From contig OZ024753.1 in NCBI GenBank assembly GCA_964016885.1, forward strand, positions 5,146,001 through 5,210,000: a DNA stretch of 64,000 bases, written 5' to 3'. The DNA is from Eledone cirrhosa. Taxonomy: Eukaryota. The first letter of the stretch is position 1, and every line of letters begins with the position of its first letter. The notes beneath the pieces were generated by a model, which had not been told where the DNA came from, searched no databases, and saw nothing but the letters and a program-made list of their open reading frames with translations. Shown here one piece after another: positions 1 to 11,514 of this stretch. The translations under genes and the position numbers were made by a program.

Positions 1-148
1 TACTGCAGCTTCCTTCCACTGGGATTTCCTGGCATTTCTTCACCCAGTGATCATACATTATATATATATATATATATATAAACATATGTATGTATATATG
101 TATATCTAAACATATATATATATACATACATTCAAAAGAAATCATCAG

Positions 149-200
149 GGCTTTCCTGATGATGTCTTTCGAATGAAACAGTTCTCATCCTGTAGAAGCC
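149..200 (+). ncRNA. Type I hammerhead ribozyme motif (family A), preceded by a truncated inverted copy
   Basis: ggctttc-CTGATGA-tgtctttcgaat-GAAA-cag ttctcatc ctg-TA-gaagcc. Stem I ggc(t)ttc/gaagcc, stem III ACAG/CTGT, GUA cleavage triplet; stem II is weak. 129-149 is an inverted copy of 155-175. Confidence 0.65.
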
Positions 201-254
201 GTCTCTGTCTCTCTCTATATATATTAGAATTGGTGCTCTGAAATAGCGATATAT

Positions 255-562
255 ATATGAATGTATATATAGTGTATTTTAGAATGCACTGTATGCTTAA
301 TTAAAAGCATTTTGAAGACCTTACACTATTGTTTTAAAGTAGTGACTATGTCACTTACTTCTATTTTCAGCAAACAAGGGGAGATAAGCTGACAGAGCTC
401 TGTTTCGTACTGTTGGTACTTATCAAAGCCTAGCACTTCCCTTGTTTGCTGAAAATAGAAGTAAGTGACATAGTCACTACTTTAAAACAATAGAGTAAGG
501 TCTTCAAAATGCTTTTAATTAAGCATACAGTGTATTGCAAAATACACTATATATACATTCAT

Positions 563-565
<3 letters not shown>
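255..565. repeat. Long inverted repeat (~125-bp arms) with a hammerhead in the spacer; Penelope-like terminal remnant
   Basis: Arms ~255-380 and ~437-565 are near-perfect reverse complements (e.g. cttacttctattttcagcaaacaaggg / cccttgtttgctgaaaatagaagtaag). Flanked by (TA)n. Confidence 0.9.
386..431 (-). ncRNA. Minimal hammerhead motif with mutated core
   Basis: Minus strand aggct-TTGATAA-gtac caaca gtac-GAAA-cag AGCT ctg-TC-agctt. All three stems pair, loop III AGCT is palindromic, triplet is GUC; CUGAUGA has decayed to UUGAUAA. Confidence 0.65.
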
Positions 566-605
<40 letters not shown>

Positions 606-726
606 AGGTGAGTTTTATTGTAGTACAATAAAGCAATGCAGATATCGGATAAGAAGCACTCTACAGTTTGTAGGACTGGAGTATACATAATATAAGATCA
701 AAAGATGGTTAAAGGAGTTCCATGTA

Positions 727-793
727 TTTTATTATGCGCATTTCAAAAACAAACATCATCATGCAATAATATTTGTGTTTTCATCAGATAAAA
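727..793 (-). ncRNA. Minimal type I hammerhead ribozyme (inverted twin of 931-997)
   Basis: Reverse complement of the 931-997 motif, intact core. Confidence 0.78.
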
Positions 794-930
794 CAGGAGA
801 ACATGATATGAAGGCTAAAAAACACTTGTGGATAGTGCAGTTTTAAATCAACATATCGTTGATTTAAAACTGTTGATTTAAAACTGCACTATCCACAAGT
901 GTTTTTTAGCCTTCATATCATGTTCTCCTG

Positions 931-997
931 TTTTATCTGATGAAAACACAAATATTATTGCATGATGATGTTTGTTTTTGAAATGCGCATAATAAAA
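931..997 (+). ncRNA. Minimal type I hammerhead ribozyme
   Basis: ttttat-CTGATGA-(long G.U-rich stem II)-GAAA-TGCGCA-TA-ataaaa. Perfect 6-bp stem I, palindromic TGCGCA, AUA triplet. Confidence 0.8.
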
Positions 998-1029
998 TAC
1001 ATGGAACTCCTTTAACCATCTTTTGATCT

Positions 1030-1086
<57 letters not shown>

Positions 1087-1326
1087 GATATATAAACAAT
1101 GAGTTATTTGTTTTGTTGATTATTCAACAAAGTTAAAAAGTTAAAAAATAATTGAGATCATTATTTAAAATCTATCTAGTGTCTAAACTTAATGATCCTT
1201 TTCAGTTTTAACGTTATCCTCATTAGCATATTTATCCTCAGCTTTGGAAATTTATTCACTATCTTCAATGAACTTATAACATAACGTTCATATGAGGATA
1301 TGTCACTATCTTTAAACTAAATATTG

Positions 1327-1387
1327 TATTTTATCTGACGACAGTCTACTAGAATATTGGTACCCTTGAAATATGTATAATAAAATA
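1327..1387 (+). ncRNA. Minimal type I hammerhead motif at the end of a probable Penelope-like fragment (~1090-1440)
   Basis: tattttat-CTGACGA-...tacta gaatat tggta...-GAAA-tatgta-TA-ataaaata. 8-bp stem I; loop tatgta is consistent with CpG-decayed TACGTA; the base of stem II is degenerate. Confidence 0.65.
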
Positions 1388-1885
1388 AATACGGTTTTAT
1401 AAAGATATTTTCCATTTATTAATATTATTGATATTATATATACACAAACACACATACATTTACATATATGTAGAAATGTTTATGTGTACATAAGTGTTGC
1501 ACTGGATATACTCATGAAATTGAGAAGAAAGAAGAATTTGGGTAATTTCTGTTCTAAATAAATAATTCCTGTTTTTGGTAAACTACAAATTGGTAGATCT
1601 ATAACATTTTTACATTCGCATGTATATGTGTATATACATATGTATGTATATGTGTATATATGTGTGTAAATTTATACGTGAAAGAATGTATGTAAGTACA
1701 CAAACACACACGATAGACGTGCTCCATCATCCACTTTTCTAAAAAAGTATATTATACACAAAATGCTAGCATCAACAGTTTTTCAAGAGATGGCAACATC
1801 AATGAACTTGTTATTTGTCTCTAAAAAAACTTTTTTCCGATTCCGCTCTGCCTGTCCCTTCAATCGTTTTTAAGTTCTCATTCTT

Positions 1886-1920
1886 TCTTCTGATGAAGGA
1901 TAGCGCCCAAAACGTTAAGA
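1886..1920 (+). ncRNA. Degenerate minimal hammerhead motif
   Basis: tctt-CTGATGA-aggatagcgccc-AAAA-cg-TT-aaga. Stem I tctt/aaga, ACGT palindrome; GAAA to AAAA is consistent with CpG decay. Confidence 0.5.
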
Positions 1921-2141
1921 CTCTCTTCCTGCTATTTCAAGCGTTAAACTAATATATTTCTTCCATATACTGTACCGTTTGTGTTGTTATTTCTGTTTAC
2001 CTTTTACATAAATATATATACATGCACACACACATATGTGTGTGTGTATGTGGTCATCATCATCCTTACCATTTAATGCCTATTTTTCCATGCTAGTGTG
2101 TATGCATAAATATGTCTGTGTGTATGAGTGAGAGAGAGAAA

Positions 2142-2172
<31 letters not shown>

Positions 2173-2747
2173 GGAGATAGGGAAGCTCTTGTTGTTGGTG
2201 TCATTGTTTAAGCCCTAGGTTTTCCCTGAATGATTCCAGTTGTGACCAGAAATAAATTGTATTCTCCAATGTTCCAATGTAATTTTCCTTTTTTTGAAAA
2301 TGGTAGAGTGTGATTTAAAGGAACTTAACTACTGTTTCTATCAGTTCAACAAACCATATAGAAGCTCCCAAGAGAGGTAATAACTCTTTGAACTTTTTCT
2401 ACCCTGGCTACTAAACTTTTGCAACATAGGCCTCCACTACCAATTAGATGACTTAGGTAACAGAAGCTATCAATTACTTCTGACAGGCCTTCTGTGTAAT
2501 TGAGAGACACCATTCCTAGGTTTATCTAACTACTAACTATTCTTCTGTATCTATTACACATGAAATCCTTCTCTACCAGATTTTCTGTGAACCCACTGCA
2601 CCTTTTGCGCACTCAATTTTTTTTATATTCAGTAAATAGTGTAAATTTCCTACCTGCTACTCCTCTTTTTTTTAAATCTAGTATGGTCACTCCCCAATTG
2701 CTAATAGTGTTCAGCTTTCTTTCCATATATATATATACATATATATA

Positions 2748-2975
2748 ATGCTGGATAGAATGCTTTGCGGTATTTGTTCCAGCTCGCTGCTCTTTGAGGT
2801 CAAATCCTGCCGAGGTCAACTTTGCCTTTCATCCTTTCGAGGTCGATCAAAAAGTACTAGTCTGCTGGGGTCAATTCTTCCTCTTTCTAGAAGAAATCTG
2901 CTGTACTGGGGCCTGGAGAGGGATGGGCTCTGCCAGGCTTCAAATGCACAAGAAACGCTGTATGCCAATATGGAA
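2748..2975 (+). mobile_element. tRNA-derived SINE, family 2, tail type A
   Basis: B-box-like ggtcaaatcc, central gaggtcaactttgcctttcatcctttcgaggtcgat, tail gaagaaatctgctgtact...ccaggctt. Homologous copies at 11515, 11806, 18870, 52215, 55070 and 60290. Confidence 0.8.
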
Positions 2976-3739
2976 ACAAGTTCATAACTTTGAAGTTATG
3001 AAATGTTGGAAAGATGTTCAAACATGTTAGGATAAGTTATCTCGTCCGTGGCTTTGGAATGGATATATGTTAGGACGAGTTATTTCGTCTACGGCACTGA
3101 AGAGGTTAAAGAAGTGTCCATTCCCAACACTCTAACCATTGATTTACTGTGAAACTATGTCATTTCTCTATATCTTTTACAGTTACTACAGTATCCTCGA
3201 TTTTCTCACACTTTAACATTCACACTGCCGTCACTTAACCTCTTTATATATCTACTTTCCCCCTCTTATAATCCCCTACTGGGTTTTCACCTCCCAGATT
3301 CTGTACTAAACATATTTCACTTACCTCCCATGTTTTCCCATCAGCCACCAGTTTGTAAAGATTCAGAGGAAATATAAACCATATTAAATTTACTCAGTTA
3401 TCCTTAATTCTCAAGCAAGAAACTTTAAAAAGCTATGAGGATTATCCCCACTTCTTCTTCTGGGGATTATCCCCCCCACCCTCTTCTTTTTCTGCCTAAA
3501 GAAAGAAAATAAAGAAATATATCTTTAATTTATAAAACCTGCAACATAACTGTCAATATTGCTAAATATTTTATAAGTTATTCATACACACATATACATA
3601 CATATCTGCACACATACATACACACAGAGACACATACATACATATCTGCACAATACACACATACATATCTGCACAATGCATACATACATATCTGCACACA
3701 ATACACACATACATACACATATGCACACACATATTAAAT

Positions 3740-4010
3740 GAGGTACTTATCTCACCTGTGAATTATCTCCACCTTTACCTTTACCAAGCCACACTCTAAA
3801 AAGTACCTTACTCCCCTAACACCTCACCTGTAAACTATCTCTCACCTGGACCTATGATAACTAACACCTGCAAGGTACCATACTCTCCTAACATCTCACC
3901 TGTGAACTATCTCTCACCTGCACCTGTGACATCTAATATCTGTAATAAAATATGGTAGCATGAGAGTGGTACCTTACTCTACTAACGACTCACCCCTGAT
4001 GTCATCTTAA
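3740..4010. repeat. Degenerate tandem repeat rich in CACCTG
   Basis: Recurrent (ggtaccttactctcctaac)...ctcacctgtgaactatctctcacctg units. Confidence 0.7.
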
Positions 4011-4796
4011 CTGTTGTCTTCTATTTATTCAACTGCACACTGCTTATCAAGTTTCTGTAAATGTTTCTCATCCATCTCACTTCCCCATCAAATTGACTAG
4101 CCTGATCCCAGACGGGTAAGTAGTGCAAGTCATGAAACATGCAGCTTGATCTCAGGAGGATAAACAATGCAAGTTATGTACAACTTAACCTGGTCCCTGG
4201 AGAGTAAACAGTGCAAGTCTTGTACAACTAATCTAGTCCCTGGAGGATAAACAGACTTCATTACACAGAAACTTAGTTTTTTAGTAGATCAGTCATCTAG
4301 CTATGATGTGGGGTCCCTTATTTGCCTCTAGAATAAGGGGATGCAACATAAATTGTTATAACAACCAATGAAGTTTTTAATAGAAATATAAACAGATAGA
4401 GTTAATGTAGGTTTGGAAGTCTTGCTTGAATTGTTACTGGAATTTACACACACACATACATACACTGGCATGTACACACAAACACATGGTTACTCATAAC
4501 ACATACATGCACTCATCCACTTAAGTATACATATGGTTGCACTTAAAAATACACATATACCATTTACATAGGCAAGGACTCCTATTCATACATAAACACA
4601 CACACACACACACAGACATCAGTAATATTGTCATCTGTCACAAGGACACACACATATATTAAAAATCCCAGCCAAAATTCATTCCCATTTGAGCAAAGTA
4701 CAGCATGGCTGGCTGGCCAGACTTGTCTCATGATGTGGGCAACCCATCTAACCCAAGCAAGCATGGAAAATAGACGTTAAACGGTGATGTTTATGA

Positions 4797-4884
<88 letters not shown>

Positions 4885-4885
<1 letters not shown>

Positions 4886-5210
4886 TCATTTCATCATCAT
4901 TTCATTTTACGTTCGCTTTTTCCCTGCTTGCAAGGGTGGGACGGGAACTGATGCTGGCTTGATTTCTACAGCTGGATGCCCTTCCTAACACCAACCTCAT
5001 TTACAGTGAGTGCTGGGTGCTTTTTTGCCGTGGCACCTCCACGACCACTTTGAAGTGGAATGATAGGGAGCCCAGTCCCTATCATCTCATTTCTACAGCT
5101 GAGTAAACTGGGGCAATGTGAAATAAAGTGTCTTGCTCAAGGAAACAACACATCACCCGGTTTGAGAATTGAACTCACAACCTTTCGATTGCAAGGGCCA
5201 ATGCTCTAAC

Positions 5211-5214
<4 letters not shown>
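4885..5214 (-). mobile_element. tRNA-derived SINE, family 1 (CORE-like centre, RTE-type tail)
   Basis: Reverse complement of the 8841-9140 element. Confidence 0.88.
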
Positions 5215-5258
<44 letters not shown>

Positions 5259-5280
5259 ATCACATCAATAAACTAGTAAC

Positions 5281-5340
<60 letters not shown>

Positions 5341-5341
5341 G

Positions 5342-6060
5342 AACAGCGATGTTGCATGGTAGTGAGACCTGGGCGCTGAAGGTGGAAGACTTACGTAGAT
5401 TAGAGAGAAACGAAGCCTGCATGCTCCGATGGATGTGTAACAGTAATATACGTGAACGACAAAGCATAAATGAATTGAGAGAGAGACTGAGCATAAGAGG
5501 AATCAAATGCTGCGTGCAGGAGAGGCGGTTACGCTGGTATGGACATGTGATGCGTATGAAGGATGACAGCTGCATAAAAAGGTGCAGAGCACTAGAAGTT
5601 GATGGAAACCGCGGAGTGGGGAGACCCAAGATGACTTGGGATGAGGTGATAAAAGCCGACCTTACCCAACTACACCTCTCAAAGTCAATGACACACGACC
5701 GTGACTTCTGGCGTCACGCAGTAATACAGGGTACCCGACCTCCCATGGGTACATGCTGAAGCATATAAACAATATGCCCCCCCCCCCCCACCGCAAGGTG
5801 GTCGTGGAGGTGCCACAGCAAAAAAGCACCCAGCCCACACTGTAAAGTGGACGTGTAGGCGCCACGAAAAAGCACCCAGCACTCACTGTAAATGAGGTTG
5901 GTGTTAGGAAGGGCATCCAGCTGTAGAAATCAAGCCAGATCAGTTCCTGTATGAGCAAGGCATGGTCAGCCGACCAGACACTGCCCACAACAGGACAACC
6001 CGTCTAACCCATGCTAGCGTGGAAGAACGGACGTAAAACGGTGATGATGATGATGATGAT
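5342..6060 (+). mobile_element. Young 5'-truncated RTE LINE: ORF C-terminus, 3' UTR and (ATG)n tail
   Basis: ORF 5349-5759 MLHGSETW...RRLRWYGHV...GRPKMTW is uninterrupted. Ends catgctagcgtggaagaacggacgtaaaacgg(tga)n. Confidence 0.92.
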
Positions 6061-6334
6061 ATTATATATATATATTATATATTATATATTATATATATAT
6101 ATATATTATATATATATATTATATATATATTATATATATATATATTATATATATATATTATATATATATTATATATATATTATATATATATATTATATAT
6201 ATATATATATATTATATATATATATATATATATATTATATATTTATATATATATATTATATATATATATATATATATATTATATATTTATATATATATAT
6301 TATGTATATATTATATATATATATTATATATATA

Positions 6335-6375
<41 letters not shown>

Positions 6376-6599
6376 TTATATATATATATTATATATATTA
6401 TATATATATATATATCTATCTATCTAAGGCGGGTAAAATTCCCGAGATCCATGGACGAGTTCTCTCCAGCGGTCTCTGTCCCTCATTATCGCTGCCATAT
6501 CCTGCATCTCCAACAGACCAGTGTCTGTCCTTAGGGCATCAACATATGTTAACCTTTGTCTTCCTCTTCTAGTGTGTCCATGTAGGGGCTCCCAAATAT

Positions 6600-6631
<32 letters not shown>

Positions 6632-6745
6632 ATTATATATATTATATATATATATATATTATATATATATATATATTATATATATTATATATATATATAT
6701 ATTATATATATTATATATATATATATATTATATATGTATATTAAA
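6060..6745. repeat. Interrupted (TA)n arrays enclosing a minus-strand LINE 3' remnant (~6430-6597)
   Basis: (TA)n with periodic TT interruptions. The reverse strand of 6430-6597 reads as a ...RGR...DR..WR-type LINE C-terminus. Confidence 0.7.
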
Positions 6746-6746
6746 T

Positions 6747-7131
6747 AAAGTCAATGACACACGACCGTGACTTCTGGCGTCACGCAGTAATACAGGGTAC
6801 CCGACCTCCCATGGGTACATGCTGAAGCATATAAACAATATGCCCCCCCCCCCCCACCACCGCAAGGTGGTCGTGGAGGTGCCACGGCAAAAAAGCACCC
6901 AGCCCACACTGTAAAGTGGACGTGTAGGCGTCACGAAAAAGCACCCAGCACTCACTGTAAATGAGGTTGGTGTTAGGAAGGGCATCCAGCTGTAGAAATC
7001 AAGCCAGATCAGTTCCTGTATGAGCAAGGCATGGTCAGCCGACCAGACACTGCCCACAACAGGACAACCCGTCTAACCCATGCTAGCGTGGAAGAACGGA
7101 CGTAAAACGGTGATGATGATGATGATGATGA
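6747..7131 (+). mobile_element. Second near-identical copy of the RTE 3' end
   Basis: Matches 5681-6060 apart from poly-C length and a few substitutions. Confidence 0.93.
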
Positions 7132-7599
7132 TATATACATATATATATATATGTGTGTATGGTCCCGTAGGGGTTACTAGTTTATTGATGTGATGTTTGT
7201 CAATCAAAATTGTTATTTTACTGAAAAAGAAATCCCAGCACAGCAACTGTAGCTGTGTAAAATATATGCAGCAGTCAACAGGTTAAAAAGCAGACAGCTT
7301 GTCCTTGGACACACTTTAATATGTCTCCAATATGTCTGTTAATTTCAAATTAACACATAACAATGAATATATGAAACAAATGACATGCAATAGTTGTTCA
7401 TAAGAATGAATTAACTATAAATATCAATACGATTAGTTTAAATAGATTTGGAAAGTTTGAGATAATGTGTGTATGGAGGTGAGGTGTATGCTACAATAAT
7501 GTTGTACAGTATTAGTACATTAATGTTTAGTATGTTGGTACTTTAATATGTTTGTAATTGTGTGTATGAAGGTGAGGTATATGGTACATTAATGGTTTC

Positions 7600-7725
7600 A
7601 GATATAGGCACAAGGCCAGCAATTTATAATCAGATATCAGCACAAGGTCAGCAATTTATAATCAGATATAGGCACAAAGCCAGCAATTTATAATCAGATA
7701 TAGGTACAACGCCAGCAATTTATAA
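7600..7725. repeat. 32-bp minisatellite x4 containing a SINE-tail motif
   Basis: Unit cagatataggcacaaggccagcaatttataat; ggcacaaggccagcaatt also occurs in the family 2B SINE tails. Confidence 0.85.
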
Positions 7726-7832
7726 CCTCTTATGTAGCCATTTAATATTAAAGATAGTTTAGACATTTTTACCTTAATTTTATTTATTTCCGCCAAAAAT
7801 ATAGAAAAAATGTTTTAAAAAATATTCTTCAG

Positions 7833-7928
7833 ACATTCTGAAGTTTTTCTTTACCAAAAATCAAACTGTAGAACTATTAGTGAATTTTTGTCAACGAATC
7901 ATACAAGAGTTTGAAATTTTCTCAAGAC
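7833..7928 (+). CDS. Candidate internal exon, product unknown
   Basis: ttcttcAG / GTAAGT boundaries, 96 nt, open frame (ILKFFFTKNQTVELLVNFCQRIIQEFEIFSR). No homology recognised. Confidence 0.25.
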
Positions 7929-8840
7929 GTAAGTGAATTTGAAGATACAATGTCATTTCTCACACTAGTAACATGACATGAAATTTTTGATGCTGAAATT
8001 TATTTAGATTAGGAAAAGGAAAAATTGGTTGGCTGGTTGGAATGGTGCCAGCAGATCTTAATGTTGCTATTGGATCTTATTACATAAACCAGATGTTTCG
8101 TGGCAAAATTAAAAAACAGAATCCTTCTGGAGTTTTTCAAATATTGCTTCTAATTTCGCAGGATTTCGCAGTAACATATGAAAATGGCTTCTCTCCAATA
8201 ACATTTTAAAATAATTTCTCAAAAGATGTTAAACTCACTTATAACTTACTTAATTTCAGTTTTAGCAATCTTTCTTTTTTTAAAAATTTATTTTAAAACA
8301 ACAAGAACAACAAAATTGCCATCATCCTGTGGCAACATTCCTCTCATTAAAGGATAGAGTAATCAAATCAAATTTTCTGTAAATAAATTTAGTGGAAATT
8401 AAAATACAACCAACACCAATTAAACTAAACAAGAAAAATAAAATGTTTATGTAGTTGTTGTTGTCATCACCATCCTCCTCTTCCTCCTCCTTCTCATTAT
8501 CATCATCATCATCATCATCATCATTATCATAAACATCATCGATACCAATGCCATTTGTTGTTGTTGTTATTGTATTGGATTGCTAATGTGAGAAACAGAT
8601 TTCTTCTAACAAATGAGGTAACTGCTAACTTCCAGCTAATATCTTGATTAATCAAAGAAAATATTTAATAAATTCTGGAAATTTGTGGAAAATTTGAGAG
8701 GACTTTAAAAAAGCTTTAGAGGACATTAACATTAATCTTTAATCTTTATATATGTGTGTGTGTGTGTGGTGTGTGTGTGTATATAAACATATGTATATAT
8801 ATAACACCTCCACTTTGTTCTTATATATATATATATATAT

Positions 8841-9140
8841 GGCTTAGTGGTTAGAGCATTGGCCTTGAAATCGAAAGGTTGTGAGTTCAATTCTCAAACT
8901 GGGTGATGCGTTGTTTCCTTGAACAAGACACTTTATTTCACATTGCTCCAGTTTACTCAGCTGTAGAAATGAGATGATAGGGACTGCAAAGTGCCACGGC
9001 AAAAAAGCACCCACCACTCACTGTAAATGAGGTTGGTGTTAGGAAGGGCATCCAGCTGTAGAAATCAAGCCAGAATCAGTTCCCGTCCCACTCTTGCAAG
9101 CAGGGAAAAAGCGGACGTAAAATGAAATGAAATGAAAATG
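8841..9140 (+). mobile_element. tRNA-derived SINE, family 1 (CORE-like centre, RTE-type tail)
   Basis: A-box tggcttagtggtt, B-box gagttcaattctc, CORE-like tccttgaacaagacacttt...cagctgtagaaatgag, tail cttgcaagcagggaaaaagcggacgtaaaatga. Confidence 0.88.
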
Positions 9141-10448
9141 AATATATATATATACATATATATCAGCAGTGATTTGTATGATTGTATTAGATGCACTGAT
9201 GTTCATTCCATTCCATTCCTGCCATCAATGCTGGTATCTCTGCAGAAAGATCATATGCACTGCGTCTTCTCCTCTGAATAAGACTTTAAAAATACATTTT
9301 ATCATGGGACCAACCATAGGAAAGTTGTCATGTTTTTGGCATAGCTGAAGAGTCTTCCCAACCCTTTGTTTTCTATGGCTGGATACCCTAAGTTATATAA
9401 ATGAATGTAAATAACAACAAATCTAATTTTAATATAAATCTTTAGTTTTTAAGTGAGACATCTGGAAAGAAGAAACACACATGTTATTTGTACTCTACTT
9501 CAGTTATATAATCTTTAAAATCGAATGTACTAGCTTAAGCACCAGTAACTGTCATTGCTTTTACCATAACATCAGGCCAATCCTGAGTTTAATTATTTCA
9601 TTACTTTAAAATTATGCTGGAATATTTTAATTTAAATAGAAACCCTTTAAAATTATTGATTTTGTTTCATAGAACAAAAGCTAGTTTTGGCTTGGCTGGG
9701 CTGGGCTGGGTTACACAAGTGGGTTTTGGCCATGCTGCAACTACTCCAGTAAATTTTAATTATTTATTTATTTATCCCATTATATTTATTTTACAGAAAC
9801 CTTTCATTGTTATTCTTACTTCCAATTATTCCATCTATGTTTCTTCCTTCAGCCATAATGAAGCAAATAAAAAAAATAAAAAAATAAAAAAATTGAATTT
9901 TTTTACCCCACAAAAAAAAAAAAAAATCAACATGGTAATAAATTAATTTAATTAATTTAATTGATTGAGTCAAACAAATTTTGTAGACAAAATATTTAGT
10001 GTTATATATGTATAGCTGAAGCTTTTAGTTCTTTCTCTCTCGGCAGAAACAGATTTTTAACTTTACCAAAGTATAAAAGTATTTTATGACCTACAGCATG
10101 TCACTTACTTTATAACTCATATCAAATTCTAAAGTTTGGCACTTAATCTTATTTTTTATGTTCTTGTTCTTCATTTTGTTGGCCTTCTTTCTTTCTTTCT
10201 TTCTCTCTTTCTTTTTCTGTCTTTCCTCCTTTCTTTCTTTCCTTCTTTCCTCCTTTCAATCTTTCTTTCTTTCTTTCTGTCTTTCGTTCTTTTTGCTTTG
10301 CTTGTTGTTTTTGTTGGGGGTGTGTGTGTGGGGGGGGGGGGGGGTTTGATTTTTTATGGAAATTTTTTTTTATTTAATCATTTTTATTATTATCATCATT
10401 ATTGTTGTTGTTGTGTATTTTTCTCCTGGGGGCTAATTACATTTTCAG

Positions 10449-10501
10449 TAAACCTATACCTGTCAATATATCAGACCTAGTTGCCAAATATTCTGGCACA
10501 G
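10449..10501 (+). CDS. Candidate internal exon, product unknown
   Basis: ctaat branch-like site plus ttttcAG acceptor, cag/GTagaa donor. Only one frame is open (KPIPVNISDLVAKYSGT). Unique sequence between microsatellites. Confidence 0.3.
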
Positions 10502-10552
10502 GTAGAAGAAGCAAGGTCAGAGGTAGTATGACAACTAAAAGAAGGAATAACG

Positions 10553-11160
10553 GGGGTTGTTGGTGGTGGTGTTGTTGTTGTTGATGGTGTTGGTGGTGTT
10601 GTTGATAGTGTTGGTGGTGGTGAATGTAGCAGTGATGGTGTTAGTGGTGTTGGTGGTGGGGATGGTGGTGTTGGTGGTGGTGATGGCAATGGTGGTGGTA
10701 GTGGTGGTGGTGGTGATGGTGGTGGTAGTGGTGGTAGTGGTGGTGGTAGTGGTGGTGGTGGTGGTGATGGTGGTGTTGGTGGTGGCAGAGGTAGTGGTGA
10801 TGGTGGCAGTGTTGGTGGTGGTGGTGGTGGTGGCGGCGGCAGTGGTGGTGATTGTGGTGGCAGTGGTGGTGATGGTTGTAGTGGCAGTGGTGGTGGTGGT
10901 GATGGTGGCAGTGGTGGTAATGTTAGTAGTGGTGGTAGTGATGGTGGCAGTGGTGGTGGGGGGGGGGGGGGGGGGGGGTGATGGTGGCAGTGGTGGTGAT
11001 GTTAGTAGTGGTGATTGTGGTGGTGGTGGTGGCAGTGGTGGTGATTATAGTAATGTTAGTAGTGGTAATGGTGGCAGTGGTGATGTTAGTAGTGGTGATG
11101 GTGGCAGTAATGGTAATGTTAGTAGTGGTGGTGTTGGTGGTTGGTGGTGGCAGTGGCAGT
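10553..11160. repeat. Degenerate (GGT/GAT/AGT)n array with poly-G run
   Basis: Direct inspection; poly-G at ~10957-10978. Confidence 0.95.
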
Positions 11161-11514
11161 GAATATAATATAAATAAATATAAAAACAAATAAACACATA
11201 ATATTGTTAGCTATAAAATCAAGCAAAGAGTTTAAAAGGCTTTTTTCAAAGTAGGTAACATTAGTAGGTAAAATTTAATTCTGCATAAGTCATCAGTGGC
11301 TGGCTTCGCATTGAGTCGTATCTAATATTACATATGTTAAATGTTAAATGAACTCTTGCATTCCAAGTTGACTTCAACTTAGAGTTGTGTTTAAAATTTC
11401 ACTAGCTACAGAAATTAACATAGCCATAGGTTACGGTCTGATGAGCTTTTATATGAATTTCAATAACTTCAGTAATAAATTTAGTTTTATATATGTGTAA
11501 TTAGATGATGATAA

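Larger units (their letters stand above)
686..1038. repeat. Near-perfect inverted repeat (~165-bp arms), each arm carrying a hammerhead
   Basis: Arms ~686-852 and ~871-1038 are reverse complements. The centre has a short duplication of gttgatttaaaact. Confidence 0.93.

Noticed and set aside
8841-8905. tRNA gene
   Set aside because: The A/B boxes run directly into a SINE body and there is no complete cloverleaf. The same applies to the other SINE heads.
11430-11470. CTGATGA at ~11438, and similar hits at ~11290, 13417, 24460, 34928 and 48228
   Set aside because: No properly placed GAAA, stem II or stem I.
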